DNA from: Salisapilia sapeloensis CBS 127946
Taxonomy: Eukaryota; Protista; Oomycota
Direction: 5' to 3'
Length of the DNA stretch: 64,000 nucleotides
Assembly (NCBI GenBank): GCA_023334545.1
Contig: JAADVB010000057.1
Coordinates: 1-64,000, forward strand
A program made the translations under genes and the position numbers. Of this stretch, positions 21,765 through 32,721 are shown in pieces (the first letter of the stretch is position 1; each line of letters begins with the position of its first letter). The notes beneath the pieces are model-generated. The model was not told the DNA's origin. It saw nothing but the letters and a program-made list of their open reading frames with translations, and made no database searches.

Positions 21765-22611
21765 CTAGTAAAAGAGTTGGTAGTAGGGAGCTGGAGGAGC
21801 CTCCAGCATGACTGGGCACGTGTCCAGCTCTGGCGTTTCGAATAGACGCATGATTGATGCCAAGTACGTTTCCTTTGGTAGCTCTCGCATGCATGTCTGG
21901 AGGCTTGGATGCATTTCAATGTGGCCGAGACGACGCACGATGTTGTAGGCTTGGATTGGTGTGTTGGGCGAGAGGACTCCGTCTGCAGACAGGCCTCCGC
22001 CGACTTGGGCGAGGAACTCGGTTGTATCGCGAATGAGCTGGTGTGTAGAAACTTCGCCACGCTTTTCGGACAGCCATCCAGGCATCTCTAGCTCGGATTT
22101 ATTCAAAACATCCACGAGCTTGTGCACGTTGTTGTGGTCCCACATGAAGACCAGTCCGGATAGCACGCCCTCAAACTCCATTTCCTAGGCACGATATTAG
22201 ATCTAGTGTATGTATGATGAATAGATGACGTACGTGTTTGAAGGGACAGTGGGAGAACGTTGCATCAGTGTCGGGGATAATCCGTCTGTTCACCATTCTT
22301 GTGCGGTGGAAAAAGAAATTAGCACTGGCATGCTCCTCTCGAAGAAGCAGCGTGGGTCTCCAACGACCGGATGTAGGTCGAAAGTGCGCTACGTTGTGAT
22401 AGGGACCTAGGATCGAAACTGGCAGGGTTCATGGAACACCGGGCGAACTGCTCTATTCACTGACGACCTGGATGACTGTGGGAGCATGGACCAGACGCAT
22501 TCGATGACTGCTTCAACGTTGTGATTGGATGATCTGGGGTTGAAAGACAGGGATGTGGTAGGCGCGGCATGCGTGTCGAGTTTAAAAGAGTGGGATCATG
22601 CCGTCGACGGA
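21765..22611 (-). CDS. Hypothetical multi-exon protein; exon structure uncertain
   Basis: 138-aa terminal ORF preceded by an AG acceptor at about 22185. A GTACGT donor near 22230 leads to an open in-frame upstream exon (GPYHNVAHFRP...CPFKH). No family recognised and the start is a guess. Confidence 0.4.
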
Positions 22612-23171
22612 AAGGTTGCTACGTGAAAAACTACTTTGGATCTTCATGAGGTGCTGAAGCCATTTCAACACGTACGCCGTATCAAGTGGCACGCGTGAGG
22701 TACGATCCGAGTACGCTACCAGCATCCGTCCTCCAGCTAAGCTAAGCTACAAGTCATGTAAAAGCTTCAATCTATCCGTGCCAAAGCTTCAATCAATCGT
22801 AGAGGATGGACAATTCTCAACCAGTCAGTTGAACCATCCGAGCTGGATACTATCCCACTCTTAGCGAAAAATAATCAGATGCGATTGAGAACACGACACG
22901 AACGTCTATCTTTCGACCGAGCACTCCAGGACTTGTGCTCGAGCACGCATCACCCACTACGATGTGAATGCGAAATCCGGCTACCTCGGTGCTGCGTCCA
23001 CGAGAATTGTAGGATAAAGTCGTCGCCTGACGGGATGTCGACGCCCCACGTGATTGGTGGGTTCGGCTGGCGTATGTTTGGACGACCAGAGCGTGCACTT
23101 GGTACGGCACGAAGCAGTCTTGACGTCAGACACGGATTTGCCTTGTTCCACCAACTACCTGAACTCCAAGT

Positions 23172-24313
23172 ATGCAAGCAGCCTGTAAGCTCCTCCGTAA
23201 GAACACGTCCTTCGCCACGACGCAATGCCGTCGCTTTGCATCGTCTTCCTATGCCGGTGGGTTCGATGTCTTCAAGGAAAGCCGGATTCTAGTTACTGGC
23301 GGTACCGGGCAAATAGGTACGCTTCCATTGGAATCTCAAATATGGTGCTATCATTGCTAACATGAACTATCTTAGGTATGGAACTGGTGCCATATCTGAG
23401 GGAAACATTTGGCGCTGACTCGGTCATTACGTCCGACATCAAGGCCGTCGCGACGAAGAATAATGAGAGACAGTCCTTCGTCTACTGCGACGTGCAGAAC
23501 CGAGACTCGCTGGCTCGCGTCGTGCTCGAGAATGGCGTTGACACGATCGTCCACCTCGCCTCTCTCTTGTCTGCCATCGGCGAGAAGAACCCGGAGCTTG
23601 CGCTTCGAGTCAACGCTCGTGGCATCGAAAACGTCTTGGAGGTAGCCAAGAACAACAACTTGCGCGTCTTCGCTCCGTCGACGATTGCAGTCTTTGGCCC
23701 GTCCACGCCGAACGTCCAGACGCCGGACGACACGATCATGCGGCCGACAACTGTCTACGGCATCACCAAGGTGCATCTCGAGCTGCTGGGCGAGTACTAC
23801 CACAACAAGTTCGGCGTCGACTTCCGATCGCTACGGTACCCCGGCATCATCTCGTCCGAGGCTTGGCCTGGCGGAGGAACCACTGACTACGCGGTCGAGA
23901 TCTTCTACGACGCACTACGGTATGGCAAGTACACGTGCTTCCTCAAGCCGGACACACGGCTGCCAATGATGTACATGCCAGACTGTCTGCAGGCGTCTCT
24001 GCAGCTGATGCAGGCCGACAGCAAGTCGTTGAACCGACGCACGTACAACGTCACGGCCGTGAGCTTCACGCCGGAGGAGATGGCGGCGTCGATCAAGAAG
24101 TTCATTCCGAGCTTTGAGATGCACTACGCCCCAGACTTTAGAGACGAGATCGCCCAAACCTGGCCGCAGAGTCTGGATGACTCAAATGCTCGGCAGGACT
24201 GGGGCTGGCAAGAGCAGTTCAGCCTGGACGAAATGGTCGGCGACATGTTAGAGACGCTGGAGAAGAAGTTGCAGCGCATGGGCGAGCTCCCGGCGACTAG
24301 CAAGCAGGCATAG
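23172..24313 (+). CDS. TDH: Mitochondrial L-threonine 3-dehydrogenase (extended SDR type); intron 23317-23375
   Basis: Presequence, then [11 protein letters not shown]|[19 protein letters not shown] (YxxxK), [12 protein letters not shown] and PMMYMPDC. Confidence 0.92.
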
Positions 24314-24556
24314 AGAACTTTTCTACTTAATATAGAGTGATTCTTGAATAGCAACTGGTCTCGTGTTATTCTCTAAGGTATTCGTATTCTTCCTACTCCT
24401 AGAGGTTCTTATCTCCATCCCATCCATCATCGGATGCAAGTCAACATCTAGCTACAGATCAAGTGGGAGTTTATACTTGATGCAAACTACAGCAGTCATG
24501 ATAATAGAGCACCAACTAGTTTATGTATATAATTTCTCTACTACTAACATGTATAA

Positions 24557-24628
24557 GGTCTTATGGTGTAATGGTTAGCACTCTGGACTCTGAATCCAGC
24601 GATCCGGGTTCAAATCCCGGTAGGACCT
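24557..24628 (+). tRNA. tRNA-Gln (CTG)
   Basis: 72-nt cloverleaf with anticodon arm CTGGA-CTCTGAA-TCCAG, T-loop GTTCAAAT and a downstream T-run terminator. Confidence 0.96.
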
Positions 24629-24916
24629 CTTTTTCGCCTTTTGTCGAAATGGTAGTCTGACACCTTTTTGTTCTATGCCGACTACTTCCTTTCGAAGCAG
24701 CGAATGGACATTGGATTAGACAAGGATGTTCGCTCATCCAGCTAGATAAAAATGTAGACGAGTACATGCTAGCGGTCGATGGCAATACTAGCTAGACATA
24801 GAGATTCATCGTGAACCGAGAAGAGATTGGTATGTAAAACAGAGTTTCTTGTATTAGAACCCTCAAAAAGGTCGATGCGTTAAAGTATGGAAAAATGCGT
24901 AAAACGCCTCCGGCAT

Positions 24917-26740
24917 CTAGTTGACAGTCTCGGCGTTGACGATCTGCTCGTAGACATCATCGCTCATGGAGTTCTTGGAAAAGTCCCAGCTGTCAGCGGC
25001 CACCTCGGCGATGCGGATCATACCGTCGTTCTGCTCCGAGTCCATGGCCACAATGTACACCGTCGGCTCGTCCTTCGGTCGAGGAGCAAAGTTGTCTCCG
25101 CCAGGCGCCAACGAGTCTTCGTCACCGTTGTAGAAGTAGTAGTGCGTCGAAACATCCGAACGGTCTTCGTTCGTCTCAATGACCTCCGCGACGTCGAGCT
25201 CACCGCAGCCACCCTTGGGACCCATGCCACGGCAGTTGCATCCGTACTGGTTCGAGTGCACGACCTGGGCGTTGAGCATCCACATCGCCGGCTGGTTCGG
25301 AGAAGAGCCCGAGTCCGGCATCTGGACCTTGGACACAAAGATCTTACGCTCACCACCCCATCCATGGTAGTCGTTGTCACCAAAGTAGCCTTCGCACTTA
25401 TCGTCCTGGGTGCACGGTCGGTCCTGGAGGACGTTGATCTCGACGCCAGTCGACACATCCGGGCCACCGGACCTGTTGTTCGGGTCGGACGCTTCGTCGA
25501 GCTCACCGCCAAAGCACTCTGGCTCCTCCGCCTTGTTCTTGCCGTCGGAAGTGGCAAATCCCTGGGGTCCATGGGTGGTCGTTCTCGAAAAGTCAATGTT
25601 CTTGTTGTTCATAAAGACAAGGTTGTTCGTCTCGCCCGAGTCCTTGCAGTAAGACGACACCTTCTGCCAGCCGTTGCCTTCATTCGTGTACACAGCAAAG
25701 TCCGTAAAGTCCATCGGACCTCGGTATACCATCGTCACTTCCTCCGACATCGGACCAATGTTGCTCGTCACCTGCTTGGGCTGGGTGGCGCACCCTTGTA
25801 AGGACGTCACCTGGTTGTATGATCCAGGCATGTTGCCAGCGTACTTGCCCTCGTACTTGAAGACGTTCTTAAACTCAAGCTGGCCAGAGAACGCCGGGCC
25901 GCTGCCTCCGCCTCCTTGACTCTCAGTAGAGGCTAGCGGAGCAGGCTTGTCAGAGTTACCAGAACCGGCAGGTGCAGGCGCCTCTGCGCCGTAGTTACCA
26001 GTCGCAGAAGGTTCCGAGGAAGCCGAAGGAGCGTCAGCGGGAGCTTCCGATGGAGCCTGGGATGGAGCTCCAGTCGGGGCTCCAGTCGGGGCTGCTGTCG
26101 GAGCTGCCGTCGGGGCTCCAGTTGGGGCTTGAGTTGGTGCCGGCGTCGAGGCCGACGCTGAACCGCCGTCGCCACTTTGGCCGTCATTGACATTGCCGGC
26201 GCTGTACGAGCCGCTGTCGCCGCCAGGGCAGAATGTGACATCGAATCCGGTGGTGTCAGGGCACGTGTGGGTCTTGGTGTCATCCTTCGGGAACAAGTAG
26301 GCATCCGCGCAACCGAGCGGGTCGTTCGCCGCGCAGTTCAGGTGCTTACACCTCTTACCGTCCGGCTTCGATGGCGTGATGGCCACAGGGCGGTTGAAAC
26401 CCACTCTGCCAGTGGCGGCCTTGCAGTCTTCCCAGCTAGAGCACCAACCAGGCATAGGAGGAATGATACTGATGTCATACCAGGCTGCGCCACCCTGGAT
26501 GGAAAGTTCGGCCAAAGTGGCCTGTGGGTCTTTGCCGTCACGGTAAACATGCGCCGGGCCTTCGACCTGCTCGGTTTGGGTACCACCGGGGTTGATTGTA
26601 CCGACGCATTCCGCCGCGGATCCGGATTGAGAGTGGTACAGCTCGACGTCGTTCGTGCACTTGTTGATGAAGTTCACTTGAACAGCCTGTGCCGAGGCGA
26701 GAGAGGCGAGTGCCGCAATCGGGAGCGTAACTTTGACCAT
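24917..26740 (-). CDS. Secreted thaumatin-like domain + P/T/A linker + TOS1-like (DUF2403/DUF2401) putative glucanase
   Basis: Signal peptide. Thaumatin-like VNFINKC..WYDISII..AYLFPKDD..FDVTFCP. TOS1-like GPMSEEVTMVYRGP, PAMWMLNAQV and CGELDVAE. Confidence 0.8.
   Translation of the reverse strand: MVKVTLPIAALASLASAQAVQVNFINKCTNDVELYHSQSGSAAECVGTINPGGTQTEQVEGPAHVYRDGKDPQATLAELSIQGGAAWYDISIIPPMPGWCSSWEDCKAATGRVGFNRPVAITPSKPDGKRCKHLNCAANDPLGCADAYLFPKDDTKTHTCPDTTGFDVTFCPGGDSGSYSAGNVNDGQSGDGGSASASTPAPTQAPTGAPTAAPTAAPTGAPTGAPSQAPSEAPADAPSASSEPSATGNYGAEAPAPAGSGNSDKPAPLASTESQGGGGSGPAFSGQLEFKNVFKYEGKYAGNMPGSYNQVTSLQGCATQPKQVTSNIGPMSEEVTMVYRGPMDFTDFAVYTNEGNGWQKVSSYCKDSGETNNLVFMNNKNIDFSRTTTHGPQGFATSDGKNKAEEPECFGGELDEASDPNNRSGGPDVSTGVEINVLQDRPCTQDDKCEGYFGDNDYHGWGGERKIFVSKVQMPDSGSSPNQPAMWMLNAQVVHSNQYGCNCRGMGPKGGCGELDVAEVIETNEDRSDVSTHYYFYNGDEDSLAPGGDNFAPRPKDEPTVYIVAMDSEQNDGMIRIAEVAADSWDFSKNSMSDDVYEQIVNAETVN
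26040..26135 (-). repeat. Imperfect 12-bp coding tandem repeat (PT[GAQ]A linker)
   Basis: Encodes PTQAPTGAPTAAPTAAPTGAPTGAPSQAPSEA between the two domains. Confidence 0.85.
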
Positions 26741-26767
26741 TGCTATCTAGTGGAGTGTGCAGTGGTC

Positions 26768-26784
26768 TGCGAATTGAAAAGTGA
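26768..26784 (-). promoter_or_regulatory. Oomycete INR+FPR core promoter element
   Basis: Minus strand reads TCACTTTTCAATTCGCA, about 30-45 nt upstream of the thaumatin-fusion ATG. Fits the YCAYTYYNCAWTTYGC-type consensus. Confidence 0.7.
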
Positions 26785-29700
26785 GAGACAAGCTGACGGG
26801 TCCGTCTAGTCGTTGGGTGAGGGCGGAGATTTCTACGAGGTGCGTGCCTGTCGTCGAGACAACAACGAAGGACTTTCATCGCGCAAGATCCAATAGAAAC
26901 CCTCTGTCGATCGAAGGCTAGGCGATCCGGCCGAGCGTTAGTTCGGTCCAGTAGACAGTGTCTATTCAGAGCTTCTTCCGCAAGCACAAGGACATAGATC
27001 CTGGCAAGAGACACGAAGATCGTATAGGATAGATGCAGATTGTGGGTGGTAGTCTGTCGTGACAAATAGACCTGATGCCAATGTCCAGAGCTACTTCGCA
27101 GTCAGCTCACGGCAAAAGCTGACGCAAGGATGCCAGCTCGGCTTCCGATCTGGTTCACCAACACAGGTTCACTCGGTTATTCTAAGCGGCGATCCGACGA
27201 AGTGGTCGGAGCGAAGGTGAAGCCATCCCAGATCTATCGGCTGTTAAACTTGCGTTCGTTATGCGTGTCTAATTGCGCCTACAACGTAACGACCATCGGA
27301 GAGATGGCTTCGTTTCGCCTGTGCTGATGAGAGTTGAGGTAGAGAAAAGAAACCTCCTTCCATCTAGAAATTTATGCTCTAGCAGACGTGTTCTATCATC
27401 GATGAATTATACCTTCTTTAAAATCAAGTCAATCTTTACAATCTAAAGCTGCTTTCGAAGTGGAAGAATGGATCAGCCACGTGCAAAACATTTTCGATAG
27501 AACATCCACCAAGATGACATGATCGAAATTTCTACCTGTAGATTTTGCGATTTAAACAGGGCGTGTAGAGGAGTGTCGCGTACCGGAGACGACCGAATAT
27601 CTTTTTTATCGTTTGAACCGACTTGGACCAACCGTAGGGAGTCGACATTTCGGCGGTTTTCATGGTAACCTGGAAGACACTTTTCAATCATCCTAGTTGA
27701 TGCTTCAAGCGGTCCTTGCCGCACAGATTAGTCGGACATGCACGAAAGGTCACGCTGCATTTTTCGCATTTCGTTCAAGGCGATCGACGATAAATGCCCC
27801 ACACATCTAGATGTGGTGGTGCGATCGTCTATCTATAAGCTTTTACATGCTGCGCCAATACACCTCAAAAGCCATTGTCTAGCTCGTGTACACCGTAAGG
27901 TATTGCCTACGGATAAATAGATGTTAAAGGTCATCATACAAGTTCTTGTACCTGAATGAAGCGTGAAAGTATATTAAAATGCACGCGGAAACTATATTGC
28001 ACCGCTTCGAATGACTCGAAAATTGTTGGTGCGTCATATCTCCTCATAATGGAACGGACAAGTGACAAACATGAACAGTTGCAACTATCTGAAGCGATCG
28101 TCGCTCCTCGAGAACTGGCCATAAGTGAGAAATACACTTCTGGGTGAGCGATATAGGTCGGGCGAATGAAAGAGATCAAACTGAAGATAGTGCTTGCATG
28201 CTTAGGGCTGATTGGGAAGCCAGATAGTAACATCGCGTCTGGCTCGCGTTCTGGTGCGATCCTCTCTGTTTTGGGGTATGCTCATTACGTGTCTTTGATT
28301 TGCACTACGATCCTCTCTGTTCTGGCGATGTTTAATTCACCTGCACGACGTGGCAGTCAGATTTAGACGAAACGTCCATGCATGCTACAACCTATTATAT
28401 GTGCTTGAAGTCCACGTTGGCTATCTTCGTCTACGCTGTCAAATGGAATCAGTCCCTGTCACAAAGCATCAAGGCGAGGTGGTTATCTGGCAAGGTAAAG
28501 GCGATTGTACTTTGATGACATGACTCATGATTTGTTGACATGCATGCGTCAAGTGACGGCATACTTGATGCTTGATAGGATAGCACGACATTGATTGGCC
28601 AGCGAAGGCTGCAATGGCTATCATAGCAAAGGAATCGTGAAGTTCACTTGATTATGATGCTCGCATGTCTGCACTATTCTACTCTTCACTTAAAGCCGCA
28701 GGTTGAGGCAACTAGTACAGAGTCTCAAGGTACCTTGTAAGTCGTCATTTATATTTACATTTATCGCTCTTTGCCATACTTTTAAATGCCCAAATTTCGA
28801 GCTTTCTCCTTCATCTTGCGTGTTCTACCGGTTATGCAAGTCTACCATTTCTGCTTTCTACGATCACTACAATGATTAAACTTTCGTCGGTTTGAAAGCG
28901 ACGTAAGCAAGCTCCAAAGTATTCATACATGCTGACGTAGTGAAAGTGGAAGCATTTGCAGAAAGCTGGGTGTTTGGAAACTCAAGCGTGATAAGGCCTT
29001 ATATTGCAACATGGATCAAGTCTACGTCTGAAGCAAATAAAGATCTTCAAAAGATGGTATCGCATCAATACTTCAAGCCATGGGCATATATTAAAGACTG
29101 ATAAGTGATCATGCATTTTGTAAAGCGCAAAAAAGCGCGCTATGAGGCATAGAGTTAAGCATCCTCTTCATGACGATGCCTGATATTGTATTTTGATGCG
29201 GCGGCAGCACTGCATGAATTGCAGTCTTGACGTACCATTTTGCTAGATCGAATATGTAGTATGCTGCTGTCAGTTTCTACTGGAACTAGCGGTAGTTTCA
29301 AACGTAGAAAATCGATGGTTTTCATGAAGCTACTATTGACAGACTGAAAAGTGAACTAGTGGGACCGGCTGGACTGTCGAGCAGAATGCAGCGCTTAAAG
29401 GTACTATGACGAAATGCCGTCGACATTGCGAATCAAGACAATCAATAAATGGTAGCAACTTTATACACAATGTAATCACTTAGATTGAGTGCAGATGTAG
29501 ACGACCATAACAAATGATGCGCACGATCGGTATGTGCAATGCATTAGATGACTCATTCGTTTCTCTGCATACATCAATCGACTTATTTCTACTCTTTCGT
29601 TCGTAGGCAATTCTTCAGCTTGGAGCTTATTCGCTACCGTGAAAAGCATCCTGCTTTGACAGTCCAAGTGTAAAGCGACTTTACATGCATTTAGTCGGTC

Positions 29701-29800
29701 TCTTCACATGCATCGAGGCCATTCATTTCACTTTCTGTTTAAAGTAAATCCCCACCTAGCTACAACGTTATTCCGTGCTTTGCATCAATGGTGACGGTGG

Positions 29801-29817
29801 TCACTTTTCATTTTCAA
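29801..29817 (+). promoter_or_regulatory. Possible INR+FPR core promoter of SF3A2
   Basis: TCACTTTTCATTTTCAA, about 200 nt upstream of ATG 30004. Confidence 0.45.
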
Positions 29818-30003
29818 CGTGCCTACTCTCGCTACGTATCTCCAGGATCGTGCTTGGGTTATGTATACCACATCATATGCACCACAACGACCTTTTCAAC
29901 CAATCGACGACATATCAATTCAGATTTCAGCCAATCCAGACTCTTTAAGTCACTCGACAACAAAAGTCGCAACGAAAAAGCGGAACGCGAAAGCAGCTCC
30001 GAG

Positions 30004-30681
30004 ATGGACTTTCAGAACCGCGTGGGCTCCAAGCCAGGCTCCGGAGGCGTCGCATCTGAAGCACAGGCCAATGCAGACCGCCGTGAAAGACTGCGGAAGC
30101 TAGCACTGGAAACAGTGGACCTCGCCAAGGACCCATACTTTATGAAAAATCACCTTGGGTCCTATGAATGTAAGCTCTGCTTGACGCTACACAACAACGA
30201 GGGCAACTATCTAGCACATACACAGGGAAAACGTCATCAGACCAACTTGGCTCGTCGTGCTGCCAAGGATGCAGCCGATGCGTCGCACCAGTCGTCCATT
30301 CCACTGGCCCAGCTTCAGGCGCAGACGCAGCAAGCGCCCAAGACGAGATCTCTCAAGATCGGTCTCCCAGGCTACAAAGTGACCAAACAACGTGATCCGG
30401 ACACTGGTGCTCATATTTTAATTTTCCAAATCGCGTACCCGAACGCCGAGCAACACATTCAGCCACGCCACCGGTTCATGTCTGCGTTCGAACAAAAGGT
30501 AGAAGCACCTGATCGTAATTTCCAGTACTTGCTAGTGGCATGTGCTCCGTACGAGACTGTCGCTTTCAAGATTCCGAACATCAAGATCGATCGTGGGGAA
30601 GGTAAGTTTTTTACGAATTGGGATAAAGAAGGCAAGAACTTTATGCTGCAACTACGCTTCTTGCCGGAAGCGACAGAATGA
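30004..30681 (+). CDS. SF3A2: Splicing factor 3A subunit 2 (SF3a66/SAP62)
   Basis: MDFQNRVGSKPGSGG..RRERLRKLALETVDLAKDPYFMKNHLGSYECKLCLTLHNNEGNYLAHTQGKRH. Confidence 0.96.
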   Translation: MDFQNRVGSKPGSGGVASEAQANADRRERLRKLALETVDLAKDPYFMKNHLGSYECKLCLTLHNNEGNYLAHTQGKRHQTNLARRAAKDAADASHQSSIPLAQLQAQTQQAPKTRSLKIGLPGYKVTKQRDPDTGAHILIFQIAYPNAEQHIQPRHRFMSAFEQKVEAPDRNFQYLLVACAPYETVAFKIPNIKIDRGEGKFFTNWDKEGKNFMLQLRFLPEATE

Positions 30682-30739
30682 AGAACGAATCACAATTGAA
30701 AAAGCTTGTTCATGTTTTTTTTCACTGAGACACTCATGC

Positions 30740-32104
30740 TTACATGGCCGGGAACTCGGTCACGAACTCGTGCGAGATGTCCGCCAAGTGGTCCACCACT
30801 TCGTACAATCCACGCCAGAAGCCAGTCTCGTGGTAGCCGACGTTGTACTCTTTGCACAGGGACTTGATTAGCTTGTTCAGCTTGCCCAGGTTGTGGCGGG
30901 GAACCATCGGGAAGAGGTGATGGTCTACCTGATAGTTTAATCCGCCAGTGAACCAGTCGACGAGGAAGGACGACGAGATGTTCCTCGTCGTGTTCACCTG
31001 CAGCTGCCAAAAGTCTGGCTTGTTTTCCTGCTCGTACACGGCCATGCCGTTGTGTCCGAGGCTGAAGACGAGGGCAAGGAAGAGGCCACAGGACATCTGA
31101 CTCAACAAAAAGTACGAGACTCCCTGCAGCACGGACATGCCGGTGAAGTACGGCACAGCAATGTTCCACCCGTAGTGAGCGAGCAACCCCGCCTTCTCCG
31201 CCCACGGGTGCTGCACATCATCGTACGGACCAAAGGAGAACTTTCGGAAGACGTAGAAGAAGGATTGCAGCAGCCAGCTCAAACGAGCCAGGAGGAGAAG
31301 AGGGAAGTACAGCCACGCCTGGTGCTGAATGCAGAAGCGGCCCATGGCTGTGTCTTGCCCCTTTCGTGCCATCTCGATGCTCCAGGCCAACAGCGGCATC
31401 GTGTCAATGTCCGGGTCTCCCAGAAAGGTCGTGGTTTCACCCTTGACGTCGGACGCGTGGAGATTGGGCACCGCGTGGTGCGTGTTGTGCTTGTTTTTCC
31501 ACCATTGAACGCTAAATCCTTGCCACAAGTCACCAACGATGGCTCCGAGAAGATCGTTCGTGACGTGGTTCGGGCACACTTGATGGTGCAAAAAGTCGTG
31601 CGCGAGCCATCCAGACTGTTGGTAGAAGAGTCCGAGGATCACTGCGCCAACCACGTAGTACGCAGTCGACTGCCCATAGGCGCAGACTGCGACGGAGGCG
31701 AGCCAGATGCCAAACGTACTGATGATTTTCCAGGCGTAGTACGTCATACTGGCGTCGTACAACCCCATGAGCTTGACTTGAGCTCGGAGCTTACGGTAGG
31801 CTCGGACCAGGTCGACGTCGGTGACGTCACTGTCGTCCGTGTCGTCATCGCTCTTGGCATTCGGGTCCAAGTCGCCAATGTAGAACTGCTTGAGCTCTGT
31901 GTACGCGGAGGTCGGGTGGAAGACGGCGAACGCGTCGGTGGCGTCCTCCCCGGCGTGCGTGAACAAGACGTTACCGCCTGGGTGTCCACGCCAGTCACTC
32001 AAGTCGTAGACCTTGTTATTAATGACAAGCCAGGCATTTTCGGGTGTGTTGTGCTGTTTCACTTCGCGCCACGAGATGGCCTTGGGCGTCGGTGGAGCGA
32101 CCAT
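30740..32104 (-). CDS. Front-end delta-6 fatty acid desaturase (cytochrome b5 fusion)
   Basis: HPGG heme motif and histidine boxes HDFLH, HNTHH, QVDHHLFP. C-terminus DHLADISHEFVTEFPAM as in oomycete delta-6 enzymes. Likely start MVAPPTP at 32104. Confidence 0.92.
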   Translation of the reverse strand: MVAPPTPKAISWREVKQHNTPENAWLVINNKVYDLSDWRGHPGGNVLFTHAGEDATDAFAVFHPTSAYTELKQFYIGDLDPNAKSDDDTDDSDVTDVDLVRAYRKLRAQVKLMGLYDASMTYYAWKIISTFGIWLASVAVCAYGQSTAYYVVGAVILGLFYQQSGWLAHDFLHHQVCPNHVTNDLLGAIVGDLWQGFSVQWWKNKHNTHHAVPNLHASDVKGETTTFLGDPDIDTMPLLAWSIEMARKGQDTAMGRFCIQHQAWLYFPLLLLARLSWLLQSFFYVFRKFSFGPYDDVQHPWAEKAGLLAHYGWNIAVPYFTGMSVLQGVSYFLLSQMSCGLFLALVFSLGHNGMAVYEQENKPDFWQLQVNTTRNISSSFLVDWFTGGLNYQVDHHLFPMVPRHNLGKLNKLIKSLCKEYNVGYHETGFWRGLYEVVDHLADISHEFVTEFPAM

Positions 32105-32721
32105 GTTTCCGACGAGCGTAAAGATATGCTTTGGGCCCGACACGAAGAGCTGGAAAATGAGCCCTCGAGAGCCACAAAAGCAGAGATTAGGAAAGCTTTC
32201 TGATCTCTCTACGTCAGCCGACACTCAATCAAGTACGACCCAGACGACCTGTACCCAGTGGCTGACGCAGGACGCTTCCGATCCTGAACTTCGGACTAAG
32301 ATTTATGATATATGCATGATAGCTGAAGCGACTAGTCGGAGGGACATGCCATGGCCATGCAGGACGAGAAATGGGAATGGAAAAAGGTAGGACACGAGTT
32401 GCTGTGAAAAGCTGTTTGACGCATTGTGGCCTTGCCGGTGCATCTTCAAATTGCTCTGTACTGCCTTCCATCCCTATGGTTGAGGACTTGAGTTGATGCG
32501 ATATGGTTGTCAGTCAAAACTGCTTGCTGCTCGTACCGCAGAAATACCGCAGACATAATAATCTCTGCATATTGTGAAAGTGGAAATGTAGATAAGAAGG
32601 AGCGCTGCAAGCAAAACGTACGCAAGACTGATTTCGTTCAAGCTTTTATAAATGACATGTTCTGTTCCTTCCATCGCATGTGTCCAAGCTGTCTAATACT
32701 ATACTTCTATCGGCGAGACGC

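Noticed and set aside
26040-26135. Short tandem repeats as a possible CRISPR or satellite array
   Set aside because: No unique spacers, eukaryotic context, and fully explained as a coding PT-rich linker.
26177-27065. 210-aa and 175-aa ORFs overlapping the thaumatin fusion
   Set aside because: Shadow or off-frame ORFs of a well-supported gene.
29788-30003. N-terminal extensions in the ORF track for SF3A2 (also ILRUN 20786, desaturase 32224, VPS15 56632, GBP 50598)
   Set aside because: Family homology begins at downstream ATGs; the extensions are open 5'-UTR frames or non-ATG starts.
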